Assembly (NCBI GenBank): GCA_947445115.1
Contig: CANFCG010000002.1
Location: forward strand, 36,204 to 100,203
Source: Comamonadaceae bacterium
GTDB taxonomy: Bacteria; Pseudomonadota; Gammaproteobacteria; Burkholderiales; Burkholderiaceae_C
Direction: 5' to 3'
Length of the DNA: 64,000 nt
The translations under genes and the position numbers were made by a program. The notes beneath the pieces are model-generated. The model saw only the letters and a program-made list of their open reading frames with translations. It made no database searches and was not told where the DNA came from. This document shows, one piece after another, positions 16,247 to 25,657 of the stretch; position 1 is the stretch's first letter; each line of letters begins with the position of its first letter.

Positions 16247-17370
16247 TGCTGCTACCGCATCACCTGTCAGCGCTTTTGGTCACAGGGGCATCGCTTTTGA
16301 TGTGCCTGTTGCTTTTGGGCCTGTGGCGTGTGAGTAGCCAGCCACGCGAGCGGTTTTTGCTGCTGGCTAGCCTAGCGCAAGCGGTTTTTACGTTGCATCA
16401 AGTGCCTTTGTTTTTTGATAACGATGTCTTTGCCAGCTGGATAGGGCGAGCTACATTTTCAAGCCTGTTTGGCCTCTACCTGGGGTTGACAGCCTTGGTG
16501 GTCAACCTTTTACTGACGCCGCCTTCACGGGTATTGCTGCGCTTGACAAAGCTCTATCTGTGGCTAGTGGTGCCGTTTAGTTTTTATATTTTTGGTGTGT
16601 TTGATTTCACAGGCTATTTGAGTGGCGTCTATGTGCAACATCGCTTGACGGCCAATAATTTGATCGCCTTATTCATTAACGTGGGTTTGGTGTTTGTCGT
16701 GGTGCGCAGGTTTTATACGATGCAGCATCAACTGCTGCAAAGCCGCATGGATGCTGGGTTTGCACTGGAGCGCGCTCGGTTGACTGAACGCCAGCGCATC
16801 ATGTCGGACATTCACGATACGGTGGGCTCGCAACTGGTGGGGGTGCTGGCCCTCGTTCGCGGTGGCGCCGATGCCCAGGTGATTGAGCAGCACACAGCGG
16901 ATGCGCTGCAAGACTTGCGGATGGCGGTAGATGCTATTCAACCGATCAATGGAAACCTGGCCGCCGTGCTGGCTACGCTACGCCACCGCTTGCAGCCGCG
17001 CTTGCAAGCGGCAGGGCTTGGGCTGGTGTGGCGAGTGGATGATTTGCCGCGCTTGGACCATTTGACGCCCGTTATGGTGCAGCATATTCAGCGTATCGTA
17101 ATGGAGGCATTTAGCAACGTCATTCAACACGCCAATGCGACTTCGATCACATTAACGGCATTGAATCTGCACGAGTCTATGAGCATTGAAGTCAGCATCG
17201 CCGATGATGGCGTGGGTTTTGATAGCCATCTGTCGATAGCAGGGCGTGGCCTTGCCAATTTAAGTGCGAGAGCGCAGGCTATTGGCGCGGCGCTATTCAT
17301 CGCGCACCATGCGCCCCGAGGGACGTTGCTGCGCCTTACTCTACCGTCACACTTTTCGCCAAATTCCTAG
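16243..17370 (+). CDS. Sensor histidine kinase, HisKA_3 (NarX/DesK-like) type, with multi-pass membrane N-terminus and no large periplasmic loop
   Basis: About 5-6 hydrophobic helices fill the first 165 aa. The H-box is [17 protein letters not shown]. An ATPase region follows (ADDGVGF...GRGLANL). The start overlaps the regulator stop (ATGA 16243-16246). The last 35 nt overlap the glmS 3' end. Confidence 0.85.
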   Translation: MMLLPHHLSALLVTGASLLMCLLLLGLWRVSSQPRERFLLLASLAQAVFTLHQVPLFFDNDVFASWIGRATFSSLFGLYLGLTALVVNLLLTPPSRVLLRLTKLYLWLVVPFSFYIFGVFDFTGYLSGVYVQHRLTANNLIALFINVGLVFVVVRRFYTMQHQLLQSRMDAGFALERARLTERQRIMSDIHDTVGSQLVGVLALVRGGADAQVIEQHTADALQDLRMAVDAIQPINGNLAAVLATLRHRLQPRLQAAGLGLVWRVDDLPRLDHLTPVMVQHIQRIVMEAFSNVIQHANATSITLTALNLHESMSIEVSIADDGVGFDSHLSIAGRGLANLSARAQAIGAALFIAHHAPRGTLLRLTLPSHFSPNS

Positions 17371-19165
17371 GTTTGTCCACATCCGTGCCGCGCGCTAGCG
17401 CGGTGTGATACGCCAGCAGCTGTAGTGGCACGACATGCAAGAGCGGGGACAGATCGCCGTAATGCTCAGGCAAGCGGATGACGTGGATGCCTTCTTCGGA
17501 CTTGATTTGTGAGTCGCTATCCGCCAGCACATACAGCACGCCGCTTCGTGCACGCACTTCGTGCATATTGCTTTTGAGCTTGTCGATCAAGCTGTCGTTA
17601 GGCGCCACCACCACTACGGGCATGGCGGCTGTCACAAGGGCGAGCGGTCCATGTTTGAGCTCTCCGGCGGGGTAAGCCTCGGCGTGGATGTAGCTAATCT
17701 CTTTGAGCTTCAAAGCACCTTCCAGTGCCACAGGATAGTGAACGCCTCGGCCTAAAAAGAGTGCGTTTTCCATACGCGAAAATTGTTCCGCCCATACGAT
17801 GAGCTGTGGCTCTAGCGCCAGTGCCGCACTAATAGCGACGGGCAAGTGGCGCATGGCTTTGAGGTGTGCTTGCTCTTGTGCCTCCGACAAGCGCCCTTTG
17901 GTTTTTGCTAGCGCCAGCGTCAGCAAAAACAAGCCGGCTAGCTGGGTTGTAAAAGCCTTGGTCGATGCCACACCGATTTCGACCCCTGCGCGGGTGATGT
18001 AGGCGTGTTGGCATTCACGCACCATGGCGCTGGTGGCGACGTTGCAAACGGTCAGGGTGTGCGTCATGCCAAGGCTTTGCGCATGGCGCAGCGCGGCCAA
18101 TGTGTCGGCCGTTTCGCCGCTTTGGCTAATCGTGACGACCAGCGTTTTAGGGTCAGGCACGCTGGTGCGGTAACGGTATTCGCTGGCAACTTCCACGCTG
18201 CAAGGCACGCCCGCTATGGCTTCCAGCCAATATTTGGCGGTGCAGCCGCTGTAGTAGCTGGTGCCGCAGGCCAAAATTAAAACTTTATCGATGGCCTGAA
18301 AGCTGGTGTGCGCGGTATCACCAAACAGTCCCGCAGAAATGCTCTCTACCCCAGCCAGCGTATTGGCTAGCGCGGTCGGTTGCTCAAAAATTTCTTTTTG
18401 CATGTAGTGCTGGTAAGGGCCCAACTCTGCTGCGCCCGTGTGCGCCACCACCGTCTTCACGGGGCGAGCGCCTGGGGTGGACTGAATGATGTGATACGTG
18501 TCCAAGCGCACATCCACCACGTCACCCTCTTCTAAGTACACAATTTGATCGGTCACGCCAGCGAGTGCCATGGCATCGCTGGCAAGGTAGTTCGCGCCAT
18601 CTGATCCGACACCCAAGATAAGTGGCGAACCTTGGCGTGCGCCAATTAAACGGTGCGGCTCGTCGTACGCCATAACCGCCAAGGCATAAGCGCCATGCAG
18701 TTGCGTGAGTGCAGCTTGCACCGCCGCGCATAAATCACCACCGTCCACATAGAGTGAGTCGACTAAATGTGCAATGACTTCGGTGTCTGTTTGGCTGGCG
18801 AACACATAGCCCTTGGCTTGTAACTCTGCACGCAGTGCATCGTGGTTTTCGATGATGCCGTTGTGAACTAGCGCAATGCGCGGTGTTTGCCCTGCAATGC
18901 CAGTGCTAAAGTGAGGATGAGCGTTATGCACCGCAGGCGCACCATGCGTGGCCCAGCGTGTGTGGGCGATGCCAAGATTGGCGGCGCGTAGGCCTTGTGC
19001 TTCCAGCTCTGCGACCCTTGAGGTGCTGCGGGCACGTTCTAGGCCTGTGCCTGTATGGATGGCTACCCCGCACGAGTCATAGCCGCGGTATTCCAGCCTT
19101 TTTAGACCTTCGACCAAAATGGCCACTACATTCGTTTTACTGACTGCTCCAACAATGCCGCACAT
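17336..19165 (-). CDS. glmS: Glutamine--fructose-6-phosphate aminotransferase
   Basis: N-terminal MCGIVGAV (catalytic Cys2), two SIS-domain regions and the canonical C-terminus NLAKSVTVE. Confidence 0.97.
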   Translation of the reverse strand: MCGIVGAVSKTNVVAILVEGLKRLEYRGYDSCGVAIHTGTGLERARSTSRVAELEAQGLRAANLGIAHTRWATHGAPAVHNAHPHFSTGIAGQTPRIALVHNGIIENHDALRAELQAKGYVFASQTDTEVIAHLVDSLYVDGGDLCAAVQAALTQLHGAYALAVMAYDEPHRLIGARQGSPLILGVGSDGANYLASDAMALAGVTDQIVYLEEGDVVDVRLDTYHIIQSTPGARPVKTVVAHTGAAELGPYQHYMQKEIFEQPTALANTLAGVESISAGLFGDTAHTSFQAIDKVLILACGTSYYSGCTAKYWLEAIAGVPCSVEVASEYRYRTSVPDPKTLVVTISQSGETADTLAALRHAQSLGMTHTLTVCNVATSAMVRECQHAYITRAGVEIGVASTKAFTTQLAGLFLLTLALAKTKGRLSEAQEQAHLKAMRHLPVAISAALALEPQLIVWAEQFSRMENALFLGRGVHYPVALEGALKLKEISYIHAEAYPAGELKHGPLALVTAAMPVVVVAPNDSLIDKLKSNMHEVRARSGVLYVLADSDSQIKSEEGIHVIRLPEHYGDLSPLLHVVPLQLLAYHTALARGTDVDKPRNLAKSVTVE

Positions 19166-19267
19166 AAGTTACTTTCAAATTTGGTTGAGGACACACTGTA
19201 ACCGAGCACCCAGAGGTGTCAATCATCGAAGAAAATCCAACCTAAGAATCATAAATCAACAATAAGA

Positions 19268-20992
19268 ATGACTACTCCTATTCATCGACTGACCGACCTC
19301 AAACTTCCACTCGATCATGCGCCAGAAGATCTGCGCACCGAGGTGCTCTCGTATCTGCGCCTGCGGGATGAGCAAATCACCCGCATTCACGTCCATCGCC
19401 GTGGTTACGACGCACGCAGCAAGTCGAACATTCATTTCATCTACACGTTGGATTTAACGTTTTCAGCTGATGTGGATATTGCCCTTGTTGCCAGCCTAAA
19501 TGGCCTGCAGGCCACGCCCGATATGGCTTACAAGAGGGCGGTTTCAATAGAGACAGCGCAAGCACTGACGGCTCGCGCTAGTTTTGAGCGTCCCGTCGTG
19601 ATTGGCACAGGCCCTTGTGGCTTGTTTGCGGCGCTGACTTTGGCGCAGATGGGACTCCGTCCGCTGGTGCTGGAGCGCGGCAAAGCCGTGCGTGAGCGGA
19701 CCAAAGATACGTGGGAATTTTGGCGCAAGCAGGTGCTGACCGAGGAGAGCAACGTCCAGTTTGGTGAGGGCGGGGCGGGTACGTTCTCTGACGGCAAACT
19801 GTGGAGCCAAGTCAAAGATCCGCATCATTTAGGGCGCAAGGTGCTGGAGGAAATGGTCAAGGGCGGCGCGCCTGATGAAATTTTGTATGTCAGCAAGCCG
19901 CACATTGGCACGTTTCGTTTGGTCAAAGTCGTTGAATATTTGCGCGGTGAGATTGAACGCTTGGGCGGCGAGATTCGTTTTTCAACGCGCGTGGAAGATG
20001 TCGTGCTGGATACTGACTCTGCTGGAAGCCATATGCTACGTGGATTGCGAACGATTGATGTGCTGACGGGCGAGCGCCAAGAAATTAGCACTTCGCACGT
20101 CGTGCTGGCGATTGGACACAGCGCCCGCGATACGTTTGAAATGCTGCACACCAAGGGCGTGTTTGTAGAAGCCAAGCCGTTCTCCATCGGTTTTCGAATT
20201 GAGCATCCGCAAGGCGTGATTGACCGTGCACGCTTTGGTGAGGCAGGCTATTACGCCGGCCATCCTGACAAGATCGTCGAGAAGGTCGGCGCAGCGGATT
20301 ACAAGCTCGTGCATCACGCCAAAAATGGTCGCAGCGTGTATAGCTTTTGCATGTGCCCAGGCGGCACGGTAGTGGCGGCAACCTCCGAGGTGGGGCGTGT
20401 GGTGACCAACGGCATGAGTCAATACTCGCGCAACGAGCGCAATGCCAACGCGGGCATCGTGGTGGAGATTAAGCCTGCGGATTTTGGGGCGGATGCTGTC
20501 AATCCTCTGGCTGGAATTTCTTTTCAGCGAGAGCTAGAGTCGGGTGCTTACCGACTTGGCGGTGAAAATTATTTTGCACCCGCGCAATTGGTTGGTGACT
20601 TTCTTAAAGGCCGAGCCAGCACGAAATTAGGCGATGTCGAACCGTCTTATAAGCCTGGCGTGCTGCTGACTGACCTCACGGGAAGCCATGCTAGTCCTGC
20701 CTTGCCAGCCTATGCCATTGCTGCCATTCAAGAAGCGCTGCCTGCGTTTGGTAAGCAAATCAAAGGTTTCGATAGGTTTGATGCAGTGCTCACGGGTGTC
20801 GAGACACGCACCAGCTCGCCGATTCGGATTCGTCGCCATGTGGATAAACATCCGCTCGCGTGTCAGTCGATTAATACGGCAGGACTGTATCCAGCAGGCG
20901 AGGGCGCTGGCTATGCAGGCGGCATCATGAGTGCGGCGATGGATGGCATTAAGGTGGCTGAGGCGCTAGCGATTGCCTTAGCCAAAGGATAG
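19268..20992 (+). CDS. FAD/NAD(P)-binding oxidoreductase of the uncharacterised FAD-dependent dehydrogenase type
   Basis: Rossmann motif VVIGTGPCGLFAALTLAQMG and a second nucleotide-binding segment. The 574-aa length fits this conserved uncharacterised family. Confidence 0.65.
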   Translation: MTTPIHRLTDLKLPLDHAPEDLRTEVLSYLRLRDEQITRIHVHRRGYDARSKSNIHFIYTLDLTFSADVDIALVASLNGLQATPDMAYKRAVSIETAQALTARASFERPVVIGTGPCGLFAALTLAQMGLRPLVLERGKAVRERTKDTWEFWRKQVLTEESNVQFGEGGAGTFSDGKLWSQVKDPHHLGRKVLEEMVKGGAPDEILYVSKPHIGTFRLVKVVEYLRGEIERLGGEIRFSTRVEDVVLDTDSAGSHMLRGLRTIDVLTGERQEISTSHVVLAIGHSARDTFEMLHTKGVFVEAKPFSIGFRIEHPQGVIDRARFGEAGYYAGHPDKIVEKVGAADYKLVHHAKNGRSVYSFCMCPGGTVVAATSEVGRVVTNGMSQYSRNERNANAGIVVEIKPADFGADAVNPLAGISFQRELESGAYRLGGENYFAPAQLVGDFLKGRASTKLGDVEPSYKPGVLLTDLTGSHASPALPAYAIAAIQEALPAFGKQIKGFDRFDAVLTGVETRTSSPIRIRRHVDKHPLACQSINTAGLYPAGEGAGYAGGIMSAAMDGIKVAEALAIALAKG

Positions 20993-20994
20993 AC

Positions 20995-22034
20995 TTAAAT
21001 GTTGAGGGCTTGCCTAAGCGCTTTGCCTGTCATGCTTTGACCTTGGCTTAGCGCTGCCATCAGTCCGCACATTTTGGCGTTGACAGGCGCTGCCTTGTCG
21101 TGCTTGGCGGCAAGCCTGACGACTGCGCCGCATAAGTCATTGACTTCAGTTACGCGGCCTTTTTGCACGTCGTCCCACATGGAGGATCGTGCAGTTGGAT
21201 CCATGCGTAGCATCTTGGGCGCGAGCCGTGTGAAGATAAAGTTGGGCAATCGCAAGATGCGAGTCATGGCTTTGGGTGATGCAGCCGCTAGCTGCGCAGG
21301 AACAATGCCATCGTAAGCCATAGCGGTTAAGGCTTCCCGCTGTAGCGTGCTAAGCACGACGCGAAAATTTCGGTCTAATAATTCATCCAGTAGCGGTACG
21401 TTTGACAGTGCGTTGATGGGATTATTCAGATTGAGTAGCAGCTTGCCCCACTGCACACTTTTCATGTCGCTTGTCACGCTGACTCTAATGCCTGCGGCGT
21501 TAAACCGTGCGGCAATGTCGTTTGATTTTTCGCTAGCTTGCAGTTGCACTTTGCCTGCGGTGGCGCGGTGGCGCGGTGGACGTGAGCGTCAGTCTTCATC
21601 ACCACGTTGTAGGGCACCATGCCAGCAAGCACTTGTGCGAGCGGCGCAGCCGCTTTGATGCGGGCGACGTTTTCTACGCCGTTTTGTAGTGAGATGATGA
21701 CTGTGCCAGCCGCATCACTAGGGTTGAGGCAGGTGGCAATTTCAGCCGCCGCGCTACTCGTCGATCCACCTTTGACGCATAGCAACACAACGACATTGGC
21801 ACGCGCCTCTTGTGCTAATTGTGCATACGCTGTTTGAAAATTAGCTGCAAGATGAAGTTGCTGGCTTTGCACATCGGCTGCAAAACCATCCAGATCAGTG
21901 ACTCGCAAAGCCACGCCAGTCAAGGCATCCAGCTGGTAAGGCCGCGCGACTAAGTTGACGGCTTCGCCTGCAGCCGCCAAGCGCCCACCGATATAACTAC
22001 CGATAGCGCCCGATCCAACAATGATGAAGTTCAT
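20995..22034 (-). pseudogene. Ketopantoate reductase (PanE/ApbA) family gene, frameshifted
   Basis: The N-terminal half (MNFIIVGSGAIGSYIGGRLAAAG...) and the C-terminal half (...SMWDDVQKGRVTEVNDLCGAVVRLA...) are in different frames. The break coincides with an 8-bp tandem repeat at 21557-21579. Confidence 0.8.
21557..21579. repeat. 8-bp direct tandem repeat GCGGTGGC x2.9
   Basis: Read directly: gcggtggc gcggtggc gcggtgg. Deleting one unit gives the in-frame junction ...HVHRATAGKVQLQASEKS... Confidence 0.9.
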
Positions 22035-22046
22035 AAAAAATCTGTC

Positions 22047-22066
22047 ATTCCCGCGAAGGCGGGAAT
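22047..22066. repeat. REP-like hairpin element, perfect copy (ATTCCCGC-GAAG-GCGGGAAT, preceded by GTC)
   Basis: Perfect 8-bp arms. Intergenic, between the MetE-like stop and the panE-like start. Confidence 0.75.
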
Positions 22067-22076
22067 CTATGTTGTT

Positions 22077-23201
22077 TTAAGACTCGCCCCACATCTCGTT
22101 CGCGGTTTCAATCACAAGACGTAGTTTGCTACGCTGTGCTTCTACGGCGATGTCGTTGCCATGCACGGTGCTGGAGAAACCACACTGCGGTGACAGTGCG
22201 AGCTGCTCCATCGGTGCGTATTTGGCGGCTTCCTCAATACGGCGTTTGAGCGCGTCTTTGTTTTCCATGGTGCCAATTTTGGTTGTCACTAATCCCAGAA
22301 CCACAGTTTTGCCCTTGGGTAAGAAACGCAAAGGACGGAAGTCGCCGCTGCGGTCGTCGTCGTACTCTAAAAAGTACGCATCGATATTCATCTCTGAAAG
22401 CAGCGCCTCGGCTACAGGTTCGTAGTTGCCTGCGGCTGCATGTGTGCTCTTAAAGTTGCCGCGGCAAAGGTGCATGGCAAGTGTCATGCCTGCGGGCTTT
22501 TGCGCAACGACTAGATTGATAAATTTGGCATAACGATGCGCCAGCTCGTTGGGGTCATCACCACGGCTCAGTGCTGCAGCGCGCATGGTCTCGTCACACA
22601 AATAGGCCAAATTGGTATCGTCCATTTGCACGTAGTTGCAACCTGCTGCCGAGAGCGAACGTAGCTCGTCGCCGTAGGCTTTGGCAACGTCCTCGTAAAA
22701 CGCGGGCTCTAGCTCAGGGTAAGCGGTGCGGCTAATGCCTGCACGTCCGCCGCGAAAATGCAGCATGGTGGGCGATGGAATGGTGACCTTGGGTGTGTAG
22801 CCGTGACTCACTTGTGATTTGAGGTACTGAAAGTCTGCCAATTGAATCTGCTTGGCATGTGTGACTTTGTCGACGACGTGAATGGCAGGTGGAGCTAAAT
22901 GCTCCACGCCGTCCGCGCCGATAGTGAGCGTGACCTCGCCCACTTTGACGCCGCCCAATTGCTCTAAAAAGTCGAGATGGAAATACGTGCGGCGGAACTC
23001 GCCATCGGTAATAGATTTAAGTCCCACGCTTTGTTGGAATTGCACGATCTCGGTGATGGCTTTATCTTCCACAAGGCGTAATGCCTCAGGCGTAATCTTG
23101 CCGGAAGCCTTATCTGCTCTGGCTTGCAGCAGATATTGTGGGCGTAGAAAGCTGCCAACGTGGTCGTAGCGGGCGGGTAGGTGCGGGGGAAGTGTTGTCA
23201 T
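22077..23201 (-). CDS. Cobalamin-independent methionine synthase II family protein (MetE C-terminal-domain-like)
   Basis: 374 aa. N-terminus ...YDHVGSFLRPQYLL and ...ITDGEFRRTYFHLDF are typical of the short MetE-like family. Confidence 0.75.
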   Translation of the reverse strand: MTTLPPHLPARYDHVGSFLRPQYLLQARADKASGKITPEALRLVEDKAITEIVQFQQSVGLKSITDGEFRRTYFHLDFLEQLGGVKVGEVTLTIGADGVEHLAPPAIHVVDKVTHAKQIQLADFQYLKSQVSHGYTPKVTIPSPTMLHFRGGRAGISRTAYPELEPAFYEDVAKAYGDELRSLSAAGCNYVQMDDTNLAYLCDETMRAAALSRGDDPNELAHRYAKFINLVVAQKPAGMTLAMHLCRGNFKSTHAAAGNYEPVAEALLSEMNIDAYFLEYDDDRSGDFRPLRFLPKGKTVVLGLVTTKIGTMENKDALKRRIEEAAKYAPMEQLALSPQCGFSSTVHGNDIAVEAQRSKLRLVIETANEMWGES

Positions 23202-23231
23202 TTTGATAAATCTCCTAATTAAAAATAAATT

Positions 23232-24977
23232 TTAATGATGTCCCTCTTCGTTTTCATCATAGTAGTCTCGTAAGAGCGCGTATCTTGCACTGCGCTGGTC
23301 TTGCACGGCGCGAATCACACGGCGCATCGGCACGCCGACCATGGCCAGTGCGTGAGAGGCCAGCATCAACGAGCCTTCTAGCGCATCGGGCACGACTTCG
23401 GCTGCGCCAGCGGTCCTGAGTGCCTCAATGTCTTTGTCATCGCGGGTACGCACAATCACGGGTACTTTCGGTGCATGCTCTTGCATCCAGGCTAGCAGCC
23501 GCAGTGCCGCAGGCGTATCAATAAAGGTGATGACGATGGCGCGTGCACGGTGGACACCCAGTGCTTGCAGTGTCGCGGGGCGTGTGGCATCGCCAAACAC
23601 GGCAGAGCCCGTGTGTTCGATCAAATCTGGATCTAAATCAACCGCCATGGTGGGGATGCTCTCTGCGGTCAACATGGCACTCAAATTTTGCCCACTACGG
23701 CCAAAGCCGCACACGATCACGTGATCTTTCATCTTGAGCGTTTTAGATGCCATTTGCGTGAGAGAGAGGGATTGCGTGAGCCACTCGCTGCTCACCATTT
23801 TCAGCACGAGCCAATTGCTGTGCATGATGATGAAGGGCGTTGCTAACATCGATACCACCATGCTTGCCAAGATGGGATTGAGCAGCTCGGGGGGCACGAG
23901 TTTTTGTTGGCTTGCCAGCGTCAGCAGTACAAAACCAAATTCGCCTGCTTGTGCTAAATAAAGCCCCGTACGCAAGGCGGTGCTTTTGGACGAGCCCCAG
24001 CCAAACGCAAGTAGAGTCACCAGTAGGGACTTAAACAAGACCGGCAGTAAGCTGAGGATCAGCACCAGCGGCCACTGCGCCAGCACCAAACGCCAATCTA
24101 AAAGCATACCAATCGTGATGAAAAAGAGGCCGAGTAAGACATCGTGGAAGGGGCGAATCTCAGCTTCTACTTGATGCTTGAACTCGGTTTCTGAAATCAA
24201 CATGCCAGCTATAAAAGCACCTAGCGCCAGACTTAGGCCTGCTAGTTCAGTGAGCCAGGCCAGTCCTAGCGTAATGAGCAAAATGTTGAGTACAAATAGT
24301 TCTTCGCTTTTTTTGCGTGCGACTAGTTTGAGCCATAAGTGCATCACCCGCTTGCCACCCACCAAGAGCACAATCACAACGACTGTTGCCTTGAAAGCCC
24401 CAATCAGCAAGGCTTGCGCGAGACCCGACGCGGGAGCGCCTAGCGCAGGAATTAAAATCAAGAGTGGCACCACGGCAATATCTTGAAAGAGCAAAATCCC
24501 CATGACGCGCCGGCCATGTTCGCTTTGCAACTCTGCGCGATCGGCGAGCAGTTTGGCCACAATGGCCGTGCTACTCATCGCCAGCGCTGCCGATAGCGCA
24601 ACGGATGCTTGCCACGTCATGTGTAATGTGCCAATCCACCAATTGGGAAAGAGAAACGTCAGACCCAAAGACACCACAGGCGCGACCAAAAGTGTGACGA
24701 AAACTTGTGACAGCCCAAGGCCAAACACGTGACGGCGCATGGCTTGCAGTTTAGGGAGGCTGAACTCTAGTCCAATAACGAACATTAAAAACACCACACC
24801 AAACTCGCCAAGATGGCGGATGGATTCCGACTTGTCAGCGAGTGCCAACGCGTTGGGTCCAATACAAACGCCGACGGCCAGATAGCCGAGCATGGGCGGC
24901 AGTTTGAGGCTACGAAACACGACGACACCCAGTACCGCGGCAAGCAAGTAGAGCAGTGTGAGTTCAAGCATGCTCAT
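23232..24977 (-). CDS. Monovalent cation:proton antiporter-2 (CPA2, KefB/KefC-like) with C-terminal RCK/TrkA-N domain
   Basis: About 12 TM helices are followed by the Rossmann-like VIVCGFGRSGQ segment. Confidence 0.85.
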   Translation of the reverse strand: MSMLELTLLYLLAAVLGVVVFRSLKLPPMLGYLAVGVCIGPNALALADKSESIRHLGEFGVVFLMFVIGLEFSLPKLQAMRRHVFGLGLSQVFVTLLVAPVVSLGLTFLFPNWWIGTLHMTWQASVALSAALAMSSTAIVAKLLADRAELQSEHGRRVMGILLFQDIAVVPLLILIPALGAPASGLAQALLIGAFKATVVVIVLLVGGKRVMHLWLKLVARKKSEELFVLNILLITLGLAWLTELAGLSLALGAFIAGMLISETEFKHQVEAEIRPFHDVLLGLFFITIGMLLDWRLVLAQWPLVLILSLLPVLFKSLLVTLLAFGWGSSKSTALRTGLYLAQAGEFGFVLLTLASQQKLVPPELLNPILASMVVSMLATPFIIMHSNWLVLKMVSSEWLTQSLSLTQMASKTLKMKDHVIVCGFGRSGQNLSAMLTAESIPTMAVDLDPDLIEHTGSAVFGDATRPATLQALGVHRARAIVITFIDTPAALRLLAWMQEHAPKVPVIVRTRDDKDIEALRTAGAAEVVPDALEGSLMLASHALAMVGVPMRRVIRAVQDQRSARYALLRDYYDENEEGHH

Positions 24978-24985
24978 GGGGCGAC

Positions 24986-25657
24986 CTAGACTTTTGGACG
25001 AATCAAGTTGACCAATTCAACGGCTGATTTGACGCCCACTTTTTCAAAAACACGGGCGCGATGGACTTCGACGGTGCGCATGCTGATGTTCAACTGATCG
25101 GCAATGAGTTTATTGGGCAAGCCTTCAATAACTAGGCGCATGACGGATTGCTCGCGGTCGGTCAAATTGGCTAGTTTCTTATCAATTTGGAGCTGCGTTT
25201 TAGTGCCCGCTACGGCGGCACTAGAGAGTTGCAGTGCCGCCTCAATACGATCAACGAGTAAGTTGTTTGAAAAAGGCTTTTCACAAAAATCAAAGGCGCC
25301 GCGCTTGACGGCATCGACAGCCGTTGGCACGTCGGCATGGCCTGTCAAGAAGATAACGGGCAGGGTATTTTGCATGCCACGCGCTAAGAGTTTGCTAAAG
25401 AGCTCAAGCCCACTCATGTGCGGCATGCGGACATCCAGTAAAAGGCAGCTTGGATATTTTGCGACGTACTGGGGTTGTACTGTTTCTGGCTGCGCGGTTG
25501 TTTGCACAAAGTGTTTATCCATAGCTGCGAGAAACATCGCAGCGCTATCAAAGCTCTCGTTGTTTAATCGGCGGGTCCGCAGCATCCATGCTAAAGCCTC
25601 GCGCACACTGGCGTCGTCATCCACGATATACACGGTGGCATCAAGCAAGGGTTGCAT
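24986..25657 (-). CDS. FixJ/LuxR-family response regulator
   Basis: Receiver VYIVDDDASVREAL...LLLDVRMPHMSG. LuxR HTH LTDREQSVMRLVIEGLPNKLIADQLNISMRTVEVHRARVFEKV. Confidence 0.88.
   Translation of the reverse strand: MQPLLDATVYIVDDDASVREALAWMLRTRRLNNESFDSAAMFLAAMDKHFVQTTAQPETVQPQYVAKYPSCLLLDVRMPHMSGLELFSKLLARGMQNTLPVIFLTGHADVPTAVDAVKRGAFDFCEKPFSNNLLVDRIEAALQLSSAAVAGTKTQLQIDKKLANLTDREQSVMRLVIEGLPNKLIADQLNISMRTVEVHRARVFEKVGVKSAVELVNLIRPKV

Noticed and set aside
1173-19165. The protease locus as a Tn7-like element inserted at the glmS attachment site
   Set aside because: No tnsABCD-like transposase genes and no terminal TGT...ACA end repeats with multiple TnsB-type sites were seen. Only the position next to glmS is suggestive, and that point is kept as a low-interest finding.
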